From Octopus vulgaris (taxonomy: Eukaryota), in NCBI GenBank assembly GCA_951406725.2, contig OX597821.1, positions 12,524,001-12,588,000 of the forward strand: 64,000 bases of DNA, in the 5' to 3' direction. A program made the translations under genes and the position numbers. Numbering within the stretch: position 1 is the stretch's first letter; each line of letters begins with the position of its first letter. Shown one piece after another: positions 41,850 through 57,263 of this stretch. The notes beneath the pieces were generated by a model. It was not told the origin of the DNA, searched no databases, and saw nothing but the letters and a program-made list of their open reading frames with translations.

Positions 41850-42560
41850 TCATCGAAATGAGTCATTGATGTTGCAATGTGGGGCTCTTGTATGACTCTT
41901 GAGCCGGCCAAATATTTATTCATTCTATAGCATAATGCACACTTGTGTTGGCTGGCCGAAAGAATAGGGGCCGCAATATAAACTCTTTTCACACGGCTTT
42001 TCAATCCCCCAACTGAAAGGTACTCCATTCCACAGGTTGCAACATGTTCCGCTGTGAACAATAGCCATATCATAATTTAGAATGAGTTTGATTCTTGTGA
42101 GTTTTCTGATGGCTGACCAGCTCTACACAACTCAAGCATTTCCTTGCACGAATCACACACATAAAAAGCAACAGTCTCGCATTTTACACCGGTTCGTTCT
42201 TTCCAAGAATTCTTTTGCTATTCTCATGCTTCATTTCATTTCTTTCTCACTTCGAACACAAACTCTTTTCGTCTATTTCGGTCTTGTGTCTCCGTCTCAC
42301 ACTCAACTACTGAAACTTCTGTCTATGTCAAAGCAATTCTGAGGCAGTCATTGAGTTTCATTTTCGGTTTATGTGCTGGTCTCCTACCATCTTCCTGCTC
42401 ACCATACAAGAGTTGCTTAGGAAGAGTTGCTCATTCAATGTCAGCAGATGACCACCCCAACGGAAAAGACTTTGCAAAATCATTGATTCTACACTCGTAC
42501 TACCACTTCTCTCAAGGAGCTCCACATCACTGATGGCTATCTCTGTGGCTATTTTCCAAT
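41850..42560 (-). mobile_element. Degraded RTE-like LINE RT fragment
   Basis: LKSRVKRVYIAAPILS resembles the RT motif IKSGVKQGC.LAP.LF. Confidence 0.45.
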
Positions 42561-42680
42561 CTATTCCAACAATTTTCCTGACACGATATTGTTGATATTC
42601 CGCAAATGTCTTAAATATCTACAAAATGTGTGAGCCTGAGTGTGTGTTTGTGTGTGTGCGTATGTATAAATATATATATA

Positions 42681-43932
42681 CAGGGTACGTAAGATATCTG
42701 AGGACAGATTTATGTTTATAAAAAACAAAGATATATAATAACAGATAATAACTTTATTTAAAAATGCTATGAGGATGAAAGTAAACCATCTTTTCTATTA
42801 TGTTATTCAAAAAGCCACCTTAAGCTTCAACAAATGCTTCTATATTAGATCCAAATCATCTACATGCTCAAATCAAGTGGTCCAGTTCATTTTGGAGATT
42901 ACTCTGACTATGGCGCTTTCAAAGAATCTTTGGTGTTATGGGCGTGTTCATTGACCTATCCCTCTCTCTCTCTCTCTCTCAAGACACAAGTAATAATCCA
43001 ATGGATCGAAATCTGGGGAATTAGGAGGCCAAATGTTAGGGGTTATGTGATCATGAACATTTTCAGCTTCCATTCCTGTGTTACTAGAGTTGTGTGTGTC
43101 TTACTGAAACACATATGACCTTCCATTGCATACACTGTCTAGCCAGATATTAACAATTATTTCCGGGAACTCAATGTAGGCGGCAGAGTTAAATCTAAAG
43201 CCTTTTGGAAAGAAATAAGGAGGAATCACATGTCCTTCATTACTGACAATCCCTAAAACCATGATAGCTGCAGACAATTTTGTAAGCATAATACTTGGAA
43301 CTTCAGAAGGGTCTGCACATAACCATCTGCCACTTTTTGTATACTTTTTGATACTGGTCGAAGTTTTTCTCATTTGATGAAAACCAAATCAAATATTCTG
43401 TTGGATTTTTCAGTTTGTTTGAGAGCCTTTTATATCTTATGTAGGGATTATCTTTTGCTTTGTAGGATAGATTGACCTTTCCTCATTATATAAGACTTAT
43501 ATCGGATGTCTTCGTGGGCAACATTTAAGACTGTTCCTTCTGACACATGGAGATCTTTTACAATTGACAACATGAACTTTTGGGGATTGTAATCAATGGT
43601 CTGTTGAACTTGTTGGATAAATTCATGTGTTCCGGTGATTTCAAAGTTTTTACAATGATTTTTATGCTTTGATACAGGTGATACATGTCCATCTACAGTC
43701 TTTATCTCCTTACAAACTTTGAAAAGCAAAGATCTGTCAACTTTTAAAACTCGAGATATTTTTACATAATTATGCTCAGCATTTACGACCACAATAACAG
43801 CATGCTTGTTCATTTGTTGAGTAAGCTGAAGGTCTGCCATTATTATTTTTTTAAACAAAAATTATACAGAGTTAGCTAAAAATGCAGCAATGACCCCAAA
43901 ATTGTATATCCTCAAATACCGTACGCACACTG
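42681..43932 (-). mobile_element. Tc1/mariner DNA transposon (maT/DD37D-like), inactive
   Basis: Degenerate TIRs cagggtacgtaagatatctgagga / cagtgtgcgtacggtatttgagga flanked by TA; broken transposase: IRYKSYIMRKGQ, MVLGIVSNEGHVIPPYFF, YVFQ, WPPNSPDFDPLDYY. Confidence 0.88.
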
Positions 43933-43936
43933 TATA

Positions 43937-44014
<78 letters not shown>

Positions 44015-44015
<1 letters not shown>

Positions 44016-44640
44016 TTTTCAGAGAACAATGCTGAGAACACCACCGTTTGTGGTTGCTCTCTCGGATATGCCATCAACAACAGAGTCAGCCACCTTCACC
44101 AGTCACGCCGACGACACGAATGTATCGCAGGCGGTCAAGGATCCTACTAACATCGTATAACTGCAGAATAACATGAACGCAATATATAAGTAGGCAGATG
44201 AGAATAATAGACAGTTCAATGCCGCAAAATTTCATGCACTGTTATCAGCCCACAAAAAGAACAGAGTAAATGTAATCCCAGAGTTAGAGTTGGTGCGCGA
44301 CCTAGGTATCTACATGAGCGACGACGCAACTTCCTATGTGCACATTGCTCAGATGGCAATACCATGCAGGTGGGTGGCAGTTTGGATCCTTAGATCCTTC
44401 AGGACCAAGTACAGACATACAATGCTTCTGCAATGGTCACCACACAGCGTAAAACTAATTGCGGAACTAGAGGCGATCCAAAGCCACTACACAAGGAAGA
44501 CATATTCAGTAAAACACATGGGCTACTGAGAGAGGTTAAAGGGACTAGGACTCCACTCTCTGGGGAGGAGACATGAAAGATATTCAGTACTATACATATG
44601 GAAAATAATGGTGGGTCTAGCTCCAAATTTCGGAATCGAA
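44015..44640 (+). mobile_element. CR1/L2-group LINE RT fragment
   Basis: SHADDTNV...QFNAAKF; VRDLGIYMSDD; WSPHSVKLIAELEAIQSHYTRK. Confidence 0.8.
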
Positions 44641-44641
44641 A

Positions 44642-45097
44642 GTTAGCACTTCGCCCGGCGTGCTAACAATTCTGCCAGCTCGCCGCCTTTCTAGAATACA
44701 ATATCCTTTTCTACTCTAGGCACAAGGCCCAAAATTATTGGGGGGGGGGGCAGACAGTCGATTAGATCGATTGCAATACGCAACTGTTCCTTAATTTATC
44801 GACCCCGAAAGGATGAAAGTCGATCTCGGCGGATTTTGAACTGTAAAGACAGGCGAAATACTTATTTCTTTACTAACCGCAAGGAGCTAAACACAGAGGA
44901 AACAAACAAGGACAGTCAAACGGATTAATTCGATTATATCGACCCCAGTGCGTAAGTGGAACTTATTTAATCGACCCCGAAAGGATGAAAGGCAAAGTCG
45001 AACTCGGCGGAATTTGAACTGAGAACGTAGCAGCAGACGAAATACCGCTAAGCATTTCGCCCGGCGTGCTAACGTTTCTACCAGCTCACCGCCTTTC
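44642..45097 (-). mobile_element. SINE family B, duplicated form, with an extra head copy at 44642-44700
   Basis: ttcgcccggcgtgctaac...gcctttctag at both ends; two cores. Confidence 0.82.
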
Positions 45098-45790
45098 TAG
45101 TTAAACAATATCGTAATGACACCAGCTGCACCCTGGTACAGAAAACAAAGCCAAATTTCGTTTTTGAACAAGCATGAACCTAAACAACTGCGCTCGTTTG
45201 TATGTGCATTGAGGCTATTTTTTTCGCTTTTTTTTCCTCCTCTTTTGTCATGGATCTGTTCTTGTACGAGCTCGAAGCCAAAAAATCATTCCGATTCCCA
45301 AATTTTAAAAAAATAATAATAAATGGTGGAATTGTAAAAACACAATCGATGATAAAAGCTGTTTTCTATTGCTGCTCTGCGAAAGAGAACCAACATTCGA
45401 TTTTCAATATTGAATGGCGTATTAATATTTTTCTCTTTTTAAATATAATTATAGAATCACGAATGTTCAATGGTTGAATTAGTCTGATAACAGCTTCGAC
45501 TGTTATTATTTATGTATTCATTGAATGTTAGTTCTGCATCAATGTGCCAGCTAAGAGACAATGTAGAGAACATAAAACAGCGAAAACAGTATATTCATAA
45601 ATATTTATTCAGACATTATTCTTATATCCATTTATGCGTATCTCTTTCTTTCTGTCTTCCTCTTTCACTCTGTATACGTATATATCTGATAATATATATT
45701 GATATACGTATGTTTGAGTGTATGTGTATTCAGATATATACATATACAAATATTATTTGTATGTTTTATACATACATACATATGGGTGTG

Positions 45791-45837
<47 letters not shown>

Positions 45838-46764
45838 ATGTATATATACTTACGCTCACACACAAATATACAAGCACACACACATACACATAAACATATA
45901 TATGCACATATATATCTACATATACATATATATATTTATAAGTGTGTGTGTATACATCTGTAAGTTTTATTGATATACGCATATTTGTATGTTTCAATAT
46001 ATATATGTATGAATATACATGTCTGTATATATATATATATATATATATAAACGCACAGACACACAAACACACACATATACAGAAAGGAGAGGAGAGAGAT
46101 AGGTGGCGAGAGACGTCATTGTTTCTTGTATGTGTTTGACTGTGTATGCATTAATAAAAAATGAACTGCAAATTACAGGCAAAATATCATCAATTTCTCA
46201 ATTCTAATTAATAATCGAAAATTATTGAAAAATAAAACACATACAAACATAGAAAGCAAATATCTAAAACAATATTAATATATTGTAAAAATGCGTAAAT
46301 ATTGTTATTTTAAAAAATTTAATTAATTGATAAAGCAATAATCGATTTCACATCTGTCGTCTTGGTAAAGCTGTTTTAACTTAATATTTAATTTTTACCC
46401 ATAGACCATATCGTGTTAAGATGTCGCCGTCGCTTAGCTATACAAAACACTGGATATATTTAAAAACAAAGAAAAAAGTCATTTCAGTTTATCTAGAATC
46501 AATCATAGAGTCGGTGGTTAGTGTTGGTGGTTATTGTTTCTTTATTTAGCCTCATCAGTATACAAAATACATCTATTAGTATTGCAAATAGAAAATAACA
46601 ATGATAAACCGAAAATGACACACACACGCGATCTCTCATAGAGATATACACATACATCCATTAAAACACCCACCCACACACTCATAAAAAAAACACACAC
46701 ACACACACACGCATACACAAACACATAGCGTATGTGCTTGCCTGAGTGGCAGCCCTACATGGAA

Positions 46765-47145
46765 GCACTCCGTCGGTTACGACGATGAGGGTTCCGGTTG
46801 ATCCGAATCAACGGAACAGCCTGCTCGTGAAATTAACGTGTAAGTGGCTGAGCACTCCACAGACACGTGCACCCTTAACGTAGTTCTCGGGGATATTCAG
46901 TGTGACACAGAGAGTGACAAGGCCGGCCCCTTGAAATACAGGTACAACAGAAACAGGAAGTAAGAGTGAGAGAAAGTTGTGGTGAAAGAGTACAGCAGGG
47001 ATCACCACCATCCTCTGCCGGAGCCTCGTGGGGCTTTTAGGTGTTTTCGCTCAATAAACACTCACAACGCCCGGACTGGGAATCGAAACCGCGATCCTAT
47101 GACCGCGAGTCCGCTGCTCTAACCACTGGGCCATTGCGCCTCCAC
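46765..47145 (-). mobile_element. SINE family C, full length
   Basis: Reverse complement of 37800-38145 plus a segment missing there. Confidence 0.88.
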
Positions 47146-47938
47146 TCGGCAGTCCTACATAGGCACACACACAGAGAAAAATGTTTGCATAAACATTTTA
47201 ATCTGACGTTTCCTTTCGTCGCTGTTCTCCTTTCTGTCTAAGTTTACATGGAAACCGGTGACATGAAATTATTATTAGCGACAGCATGAACGACTCAACA
47301 TCGAATAGCTAAGTAAACTCTACTAAAGAGCTGGGATGTTTGCAAAATGCCACCGCACATGAACAATCCACGAACGGGGTAGCACTGGTGATACGTGGTA
47401 CATATGATTGTCAAAAAGTTAGAAATACATTCGCCTCTACTTAAGTATGCTGAGCAACAAGTTTTGAGAACTTAACCTTGCTTCATTTGACATGAAATTG
47501 TTAATGAACATGTGAATATGTGTGTGTTTGTGTGTTTCTATCTGTGCGTGTATTTGTGGTGTCTGTATTTGTGTATTTGTGTGTGCACGCATTTAAATCT
47601 GTTCAAATATGTTTCGGACCTATCTAACCTGTTCAAAGACCGAATTAATTGTTCTTTGCCGTTGAAAAGAATTCTCACTTTGGGCAACATTTTTCAAAGT
47701 GATGAATGCATTTCTAACTATCCAACTATCACCAGTACCGTGTATTGCAAGAGTGGTCGACTTTCCTTTTCAAACTTTCAGGCCTTGTAAATCGAACGCC
47801 TCTGATCGCGAATAAATCGTGCTTTAGATATATATGTATATATGTAGGTATGTATGTATGTATGTATGGATGTATGTATGTAAGTATGTGTATATATATA
47901 TGTATATATATGTATATGTATATATATTTATATATATA

Positions 47939-48064
<126 letters not shown>

Positions 48065-48093
48065 AAAAAGGAGATGTGGAACACGAGTTGTGA

Positions 48094-48300
48094 TATATAA
48101 AAAAGGAAATGAAGAAAATGCTTCTTTCCTCTTATCTGATAAGAGGAAAAAATCTATCAGAAAGGAACTCTATCTCTCTTTAAAAAATATCTTTTGATAA
48201 GCATAACAAATGCGCAACCGGTAAAAAGAACTTCACCTAATGAAATTACTTAAATTACTTAAATTATTTTGTCAGCATTTTCTTCATTTCCTTTTATATA
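48094..48300 (+). mobile_element. Short unit with ~25 bp inverted ends and a decayed hammerhead, between (TA)n tracts
   Basis: aaaaggaaatgaagaaaatgct / agcattttcttcatttcctttt; tctt-TTGATAA-gcat(aacaa)atgc-GCAA-CCGG-TA-aaaaga. Confidence 0.55.
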
Positions 48301-48323
48301 TATATATATATATATATATGTTC

Positions 48324-48385
<62 letters not shown>

Positions 48386-48874
48386 ATATATACAACACAG
48401 TTTCTTCGTGATGAGAGGTGTTCGAAAATCAATGGTACTATTGTGTGTATGTGTGTGCGTGTGTGCGTGCGTGCGTCTGAGTGTGTGTTGTGTGTGCGTG
48501 CCTATACGTGCTTGCTTGTGTTTGTATGTCTGTGTGAGCTTATGTGCATGTGTGTGTATATGTTTAAGTGTGCATATATATGTATCTATACATGTTATAT
48601 GCATGTGTGTATGTTTTTGTGTCTGAGCTTTTTTCTCTTGCAATTGACAACCGGTATCGGTTTGTTTATTTTCCGTAGTCAAAAATCGACGTCAGAATAA
48701 GTCCCTTAAAAATTAAGTACCGGGATCGATTGATTCCACTAAAACCCTTCATGGCGGTGTTTTAAAATTGCTACATTCTAGTGACTGTACGGGGTAAGTG
48801 TAAAGTAAATACCAATGTAAGTTATAAGGGCACAGATAAAATTTCCTGTTAAATTCATTTGATAATTCTGCGTA

Positions 48875-50135
<1,261 letters not shown>

Positions 50136-50849
50136 ATTATTATTATTAATATTCTTCGCCGTCCTGACGGGATACACGTGTTTGTCCGCTCGTAAACTTT
50201 TCTTCCGTAATCTTGTTTCCAAATGTTTTTATTTGTTTATTTTGTGACTAAACGTTTTTTATTTAAAGCATCTCCTTTGCATAAGTGGGTGGCTTTGTCT
50301 TGTTAGTTCACCCCCTTAGGGTCAGTAATCTCAAAATAATTGTTTCAAAATTAATTGAGAAAGAAAACAATTATGGCGAAACCAGCCTTGTTGAAGAACA
50401 TAGAAGAGGAGGTGAGATGTGTTTCAGATAGAGAGGTGTAAGACAGCGCATTACAATTCACCTACTTCCCATAAACGGAAGGGGAGGTGAGCAAGTTCAA
50501 ATTATCGCATAATATTAATGGTCTGGCATAAAAAGGCGAAATGGCTAAATTAATCAGGCATATTGATATGGCTTGAACCATTGCTTGTGGTGCTACCTAA
50601 ATAATCATAATGTTGCAGACAATTCAAAACATAATAATACGAACATCTCCAGCTACGAAGCTGAATTCATTCCAATTCAGTGGCATACTCCAACTCCAAA
50701 TACAGTTCATAGCAGCAGTATCAAAACCACAGACACCTCCACCATCAACACCACCACCACTACAATGAATAAACAAAAGACAGCATATAGTAACAGTCTC
50801 TCGAGCACAACCAGTTCTACCACCGCCACCACTACAACGAATAACATCG

Positions 50850-51900
50850 TAGTAAATGATAACATAAACCAGACAACTTCTTTCGCAGAGACAGCAGCAA
50901 GAAGCAAAGGATATTTATGTATGGATCTGCTTCAGAAAGACACGTATTTAGCTGAAGCAGCTAAATTAATAAGACTGGAAAATGCGCAAGCTAGTATTGC
51001 CATCCTCCACGAGGTGTTGGCAGAAACAAAAACGAAAACTCTGTTGTACAGAAGCTTCTCCGTAAACACGAAGCAGCCAGAGACGGTGAGCGACGCGGAC
51101 GCGAAAAGGGCACTGAAAGAAATCATTCCCAATGTTCTTCACATTTCGAGGGCTACACATTTTGCTGGCATTTCAGTGCTCTTTAAATCTGAATCCCTGG
51201 CCGTCAAACACTCCGTTGTTCCATGCTGGGGTGAAAAATATATGTGCTTTATCCATCCTATTTAGGAAGTGGGATGGTGTGTATAAAGATAGCTGGAATA
51301 CCAGCAGACGTAAACCTTTGGTGGATTCTCGCAGCGATCTTTCTAGAACAGAGCAGCAGCCTCCTGTAGGTAAAAAAAAAAATACGACGCGAAAATTGGT
51401 ATTGGGCCAGTGTGGAGGTACTCCTCCACATTCAAGCAGAGTTATTCACAAGATCCCAGACCACATTCTTCTTCCAGGACGGGTAGAATTACATGTAATA
51501 GTGGAGGGTAGAAGGTCACGGTGCCACGTGTGTGGAGCGACAGGACACTTGAGAGTCTTCTCTCCCCAACAGAAGACAGGGAACCATGGTAGACCCTTAG
51601 AGCCAACAGCAGGTCCCTAAAAGCCTCACCAACAACAACCAAACCAACAACGATCAGTAACTAAAGCAGCTACACCCCTATCCACAACGGCATCTTTATC
51701 AACAAGAACAGCAACAGGAGCACCCACAGCAATTGCACCAGAAACTTCAGCAACACCAGCAGCTGATGCACCATCTTCACTCCCCTTAACAGTAAAAGAG
51801 ATTATACTTAAGAACATGCCCAACACCGAGGGGCTACCTCAGCAAAGTTCTCCCACTCCCTCTATTTCCCTCTCTCTCTCTCTCCCCCTCTCTACTTCAA
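50850..51900 (+). pseudogene. Degraded ORF1 (gag-like, Zn knuckle) of a Tx1/L1-type LINE
   Basis: KIPDHILLPGRVELHVIVEGRRSRCHVCGATGHL (CxxCxxxGH) followed by a Thr/Pro-rich tail; SFAETAA N-terminal motif; frameshifts; no ORF2 follows. Confidence 0.65.
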
Positions 51901-51979
51901 ACTCCATCGACCCACGCCCTAATTCCACAGACTGAGATTCATTAGCAACACAGCGAAAATATGGGGGAACCACAAAATC

Positions 51980-52026
<47 letters not shown>

Positions 52027-52027
52027 T

Positions 52028-52122
<95 letters not shown>

Positions 52123-52339
52123 TTTAAAAAACCAAAACGAATCACAAAAATACACTAAGTCTCCCATCAACACACATCAAAAACAGAGAAAAAACATCCA
52201 CATCTGCCACAGACACAGCTACATCACCAACCTTTCCGGCACCACGGTCACAAACCTCGCCACCAACACTACCCCAAATGCAACAACCAACCAAAAGAAA
52301 ACACTCCCAACAACACGCACCCACACAAACATCAAACTT

Positions 52340-52500
52340 CGTCCGTCTTTACGTTCTGAGTTCAAATGCCACCAGGATCGATTTGGCCTTTCACCTTTTC
52401 GGGGTCGTAAGTATATGTTGCGCACTGAGGTTTTTCTAATCGACTAGCCCTCCTTCCCCAAAAATTTCAGACCTTGGTGTTTATAGTAGAAAAGATTGTT
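52340..52500 (+). mobile_element. SINE family B truncated monomer
   Basis: cgttctgagttcaaat...gcctttcaccttttcggggtcg. Confidence 0.7.
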
Positions 52501-53555
52501 CTTGTGGTTGTTGTTGTTGTTGTTGTAACAATGACGACGCAAGTCAGTTATGTTGACTAAAGTGACAAATGACAAATGACACAGATGCGTGCACATGGTT
52601 CTGAGGTCTCCGCGTTTGTGAATTAGTAAGACGGAATGGAAGTAGGCAATTACTTAATAGATAAATCACAAGATTATCACTGACTTGCTTTTATGTATTT
52701 ATTTATCTCTTTTGTTTTTCAAAATCATTAATTAATCACCGACTTAATGCTCGGTTGAATGTCAGTAACAGCTTCATTACTTAATTCTAATTAATGATTA
52801 TTCTCGTCAATGTTCATCTTTCGCTGCATCTCCGGTTTTTCCTTGTCTCTTATATTAAACTTATATAAACTGTTGTTCTCTCTTATTCTCTCTGTCTCTC
52901 TCTCTCTCTCTTCTCTCTAATTTTCGTGTCTCTAATTCCTTTTGTCATGCAAACACAAAACATATTCAAAATTGTTAACTTCCTGAAATGCCAACATATA
53001 CTTTATCCTGCTTCTTTCATTGAGTCACTGAACGCAGCTGACAAGGTAGAACAACTCTTCTGCCGTTGATGTCGATTAAGACCGAAGTAACTTCAGTTGC
53101 CCGTTTGACCCCAGAAAAATTAATAAACAATTCCTTAATGGTAATTCAATCCCGGAAGGATTTTCATTCTTGGACTGTCTTATTTACAGTCCATCAAAGC
53201 TGTCAACAGGCGTTTGTTTATCTACTCTGGAAGAGGTGATTTTAAGAGACCAAGAATTTACCTTGTTTGATATCAAATATATGATTTATTCATGCCACTG
53301 GCGACTTAGAACCATTTCATAAACGTATGTGTATGTCTGTTTACAAACGCTTGAGTGATATTTACAAATGATTGACTAATATATATTTAAGTTTAGAGTT
53401 GCAACAAGAAATTGAGAACTTATTACGAGTAGTATACATTATTTAGTTGTGTAACGAGATTGAATCCATCCATGCCAAATAGTCAGATTCTATTATCGTA
53501 ATCTTGTTCATGTTTTATATGTATAGGGTGAATCTCCCAGCAGTGTATCAACTAT

Positions 53556-53773
53556 TTTACTCTCTTTTACTCTCTTTTACCTGTTTCAGTCATTTGACTG
53601 CGGCCATGCTGGAGCACCACCTTTAATCGAGCAACTCGACCCCGGGACTTATTCTTTGTAAGCCCAGTACTTATTCTATCGGTCTCTTTTTGCCGAACCG
53701 CTAAGTGACGGGGACATAAACACACCAGCATCGGTTGTCAAGCAATGCTAGGGGGACAAACACAGACACACAA

Positions 53774-53804
<31 letters not shown>

Positions 53805-53972
53805 CATATATACGACGGGCTTCTTTCAGTTTCCGTCTACCAAATCCACTCACAAGGCTTTGGTCAGCCCGAAGCTATAGTAGAAGACACTTGCCCAAGG
53901 TGCTACGCAGTGGAGCTGAACCCGGAACCATGTGGTTGGTTAGGAAGCTACTTACCACACAGCCACTCCTGT
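53556..53972 (-). mobile_element. SINE family A
   Basis: Full-length match to the other copies. Confidence 0.9.
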
Positions 53973-53999
53973 AAGTAACAATTTGTTGTAACTTAGCCC

Positions 54000-56000
54000 C
54001 ACAACTAGAAAAAGATTTCGAGACTATAACCTACATGATCAAAAGTGTGAGAGTAAGCAAGGTTTTCTAGTCAAACCATTGCAATTCCAAATCACACTTG
54101 TGTGCAAAATCTGTGAAATGTGACAGGATGAACTTAGTCAGAAAAGTGTACACTGGAGGAAAACTGAAATGTAAGTTCAAGAAGGAAATTAAGAAGGAAA
54201 GCGAGAAGGAAGACAACTGTGATTATCTAAGCATTGAAAAGAGTTTGAAAACAGATTTTCCAGCAAGAAAAACACGCTCACTTATTGCAACTGGCTATAA
54301 ATACCACCATACAAAATAAAGAGAGATTGAACCTCATCACAAACAGAAAGTAAACGCTTGCGGAATAAAGAAGTGATAATTGAAATGGGGTCAGAATACT
54401 CTAATAATTATACAACTACCTGAGCACTAGCGGAGCAAAGGTTGAATGACCTTGTTTCGTTTAACGAGGATCCCAATTAGTCGAGATGAAGTTAAATCCG
54501 AAATATGGTGGCTGAACACGAAAACTTCTAGTTTACTATTACTTCTGAACTGTTGAAGGACTGAGTAAAGTCCACAGTAGATGTTTTTAAAGAAACCATG
54601 CGTAGAAGGAAACTGAAGAGAGATATATCACAACCGAGAAAGACCTTGATTTGAATGGAATCAGAAACTCCGCTAAACACATTTTTGACTTTCGCACCAT
54701 GTTTGAGAAATACTTTCAGCACCAAAGAGAAATCTTCCGTCTTCATAGACGTTGTTAAGGGATGTGATATAGCCTAATACACTAATCTTTCAGCTACAAA
54801 GAAGATAAGCAACATGAGGAAACCGTGAAGACGTATAATCCAACGGATACTCGCCAAATCAGTGCAGCCTTCTCAGGAGACACCGTCAGGTAGTGGTTGC
54901 ATACTATAAGATAATACTGTTGATTCCTTTCCATCTCGCTCTTCAGCATCTTCCTGAGTAATTAATGGGCAATATCTTGGAGACTATTTTCAGCAAATTC
55001 ATCTTCGACGAGGCAATTATTATTTAAGACTTATTGATAATATTAATGGTCTGGCATAAAAAGACGAAATGGCTAAATTAATCAGGCATATTGATGTGGC
55101 TTGAACCATTGCTTTGGGTGCTATCTAAATAATCATAATTGTGTCAGGGGCTTAATTTCTCAATGACAAAGAGTCAAGAGCTGAATTTTTTCAAAGACAC
55201 ATGCAGTCACTGTCTACACTAAGAAGAAGCCAATGTGGACGGGTATTCTTTTATTCTTTTATTTGTTTCAGTCATTTGACTGCAGCCATGCTGGAGCACC
55301 GCCTTTAGTCGAACTAATCGACTCCAGGACTTATTCTTTGTAAGCTTAGTACGTATTTTATCGGTCACTTTTTCCGAACCGTCATGTTACGAGGACGTAA
55401 ACACCAACATGAGTAATCAAGCGAGGGGGGGGGGGGTGCAAATGCATACCCACAAACGACGGGCTTCTTTCAGTTTCTGTCTACCAAATCCACTCACAAG
55501 GCTTTGGTTAGTCTGAGGCTATAGTAGAAGACACTTGCCCAAGGTGCCACGCAGTGGAACTAAACCCAGAACTATGTAGTTGGTAAGCAAGCTAGTTACC
55601 ACACAACCGCTCCTGTGCCAATGTATAAATATTGAGAAGAAAAGCAGAATCGATCGCGCACTGGTAGCTTTCATCTCTTTATACGTACACACGGACTACC
55701 ATGGCAATCATACAAAGATTCAGGCTCTGTAAAGGACATATAAATGCATCACATTTACGTATCTCATAATTAGAACACATCACAAACTCTCAGATTCACA
55801 ACATTTCCTAGGCTCCTCATAACTCATCCCTCACTGAAGACCTTCTAACAACGGTGGAAATGAAATTAAACCTTACGTCTTTGCAAAGACAAATTCTCGA
55901 GAACAGTAAAGAAAAAACAAGGGACGGAGCTAAGACAGGAACAGGAAAAATTTAAATGATAGCCGAGCTCTGCCATAAAACGATAACAAGTGGTGTAAAC
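54000..56000 (+). mobile_element. Highly degraded RTE-type LINE, interrupted by SINE A at 55245-55620
   Basis: YLRLIDNINGLA*KDEMAKLIRHID resembles the RTE motif NLRFADDIDGLA..E.LA.LV..LD; boundaries uncertain. Confidence 0.5.
55245..55620 (-). mobile_element. SINE family A lacking the expanded internal microsatellite
   Basis: Match to the other copies. Confidence 0.85.
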
Positions 56001-56169
56001 TGTTGTACATAATATAAGGATAGCACCGTTACAAATTTATAAAAGGTGCCCAAATTTTTTCTGCAGCTGTTGAATCATGGTCTATTTTGATGGAAGATAC
56101 ATACAAACGTACAGGCATATATACGCACAAATACACGTATATACAAATACAGTCACGCACACACTCTCT

Positions 56170-56416
56170 CTTTTTTTTACTCTCTCTATTTACTCTGTTT
56201 CAGTCATTTGACTGCGGCCATGCTGGAGCACCGCCTTTAGTCGAGCAGATCGACCCCGGGACTTATTTTTTATAAGCCCAGTACTTATTCTATCGGTCTC
56301 TTTTGCCGAACCGCTAAGTGACAGGGACATAAACACACCAGCATCGGTTCTCAAGCAATGCTAGGGGGGGACAAACACAGACACACAAACATACACACAC
56401 ACACACACACACACAC

Positions 56417-56457
<41 letters not shown>

Positions 56458-56464
56458 TACAACA

Positions 56465-56538
<74 letters not shown>

Positions 56539-56539
56539 C

Positions 56540-56595
<56 letters not shown>

Positions 56596-56760
56596 TACGA
56601 CAGGCTTCTTTCAGTTTCCGTCTACCAAATCCACTCACAAGGCATTGGCGGCCCGAGGCTATACCAGAAAACACTTGCCCAAGATGCCACACAGTGGGAC
56701 TGAACCCGGAACCATGTTGTTGGTAAGCAAGCTACTTACCACACAGCCACTCCTGCGCCT
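56170..56760 (-). mobile_element. SINE family A with ~200 bp internal (CA)/(TA) expansion
   Basis: Both halves match the family. Confidence 0.9.
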
Positions 56761-56846
56761 ATATTTTAGACATAAATGTCCTATGAAAATTAATTAAAAA
56801 AAGACCAGTGTAACGTATTATATACACACATGCATATCTACATATA

Positions 56847-56899
<53 letters not shown>

Positions 56900-57222
56900 T
56901 ATGTGTGTGCGTGTGTGTGTGTGTATGTATATATATATATATATATGTATGTATATAGGTATGTTTAGTATGTAACATTGATGTATGTAAATATTTATGT
57001 CTATACATACATATACATATATAGTTATATAAATGTATATATGCTTATGTAAGTAATTATATATTGATCTGTGTAAATAATTGTCTTTCTCTGCCTCAAG
57101 CTTTCGTATATTTCTCTCTCTCCGTCACTATCTCTTTCTCACTCACTCACTCACTCACTCATACGCTCACTCACTCACTCACTCACTCACTCACTCACTC
57201 ACTCACTCACTCACTCACTCAA

Positions 57223-57263
<41 letters not shown>

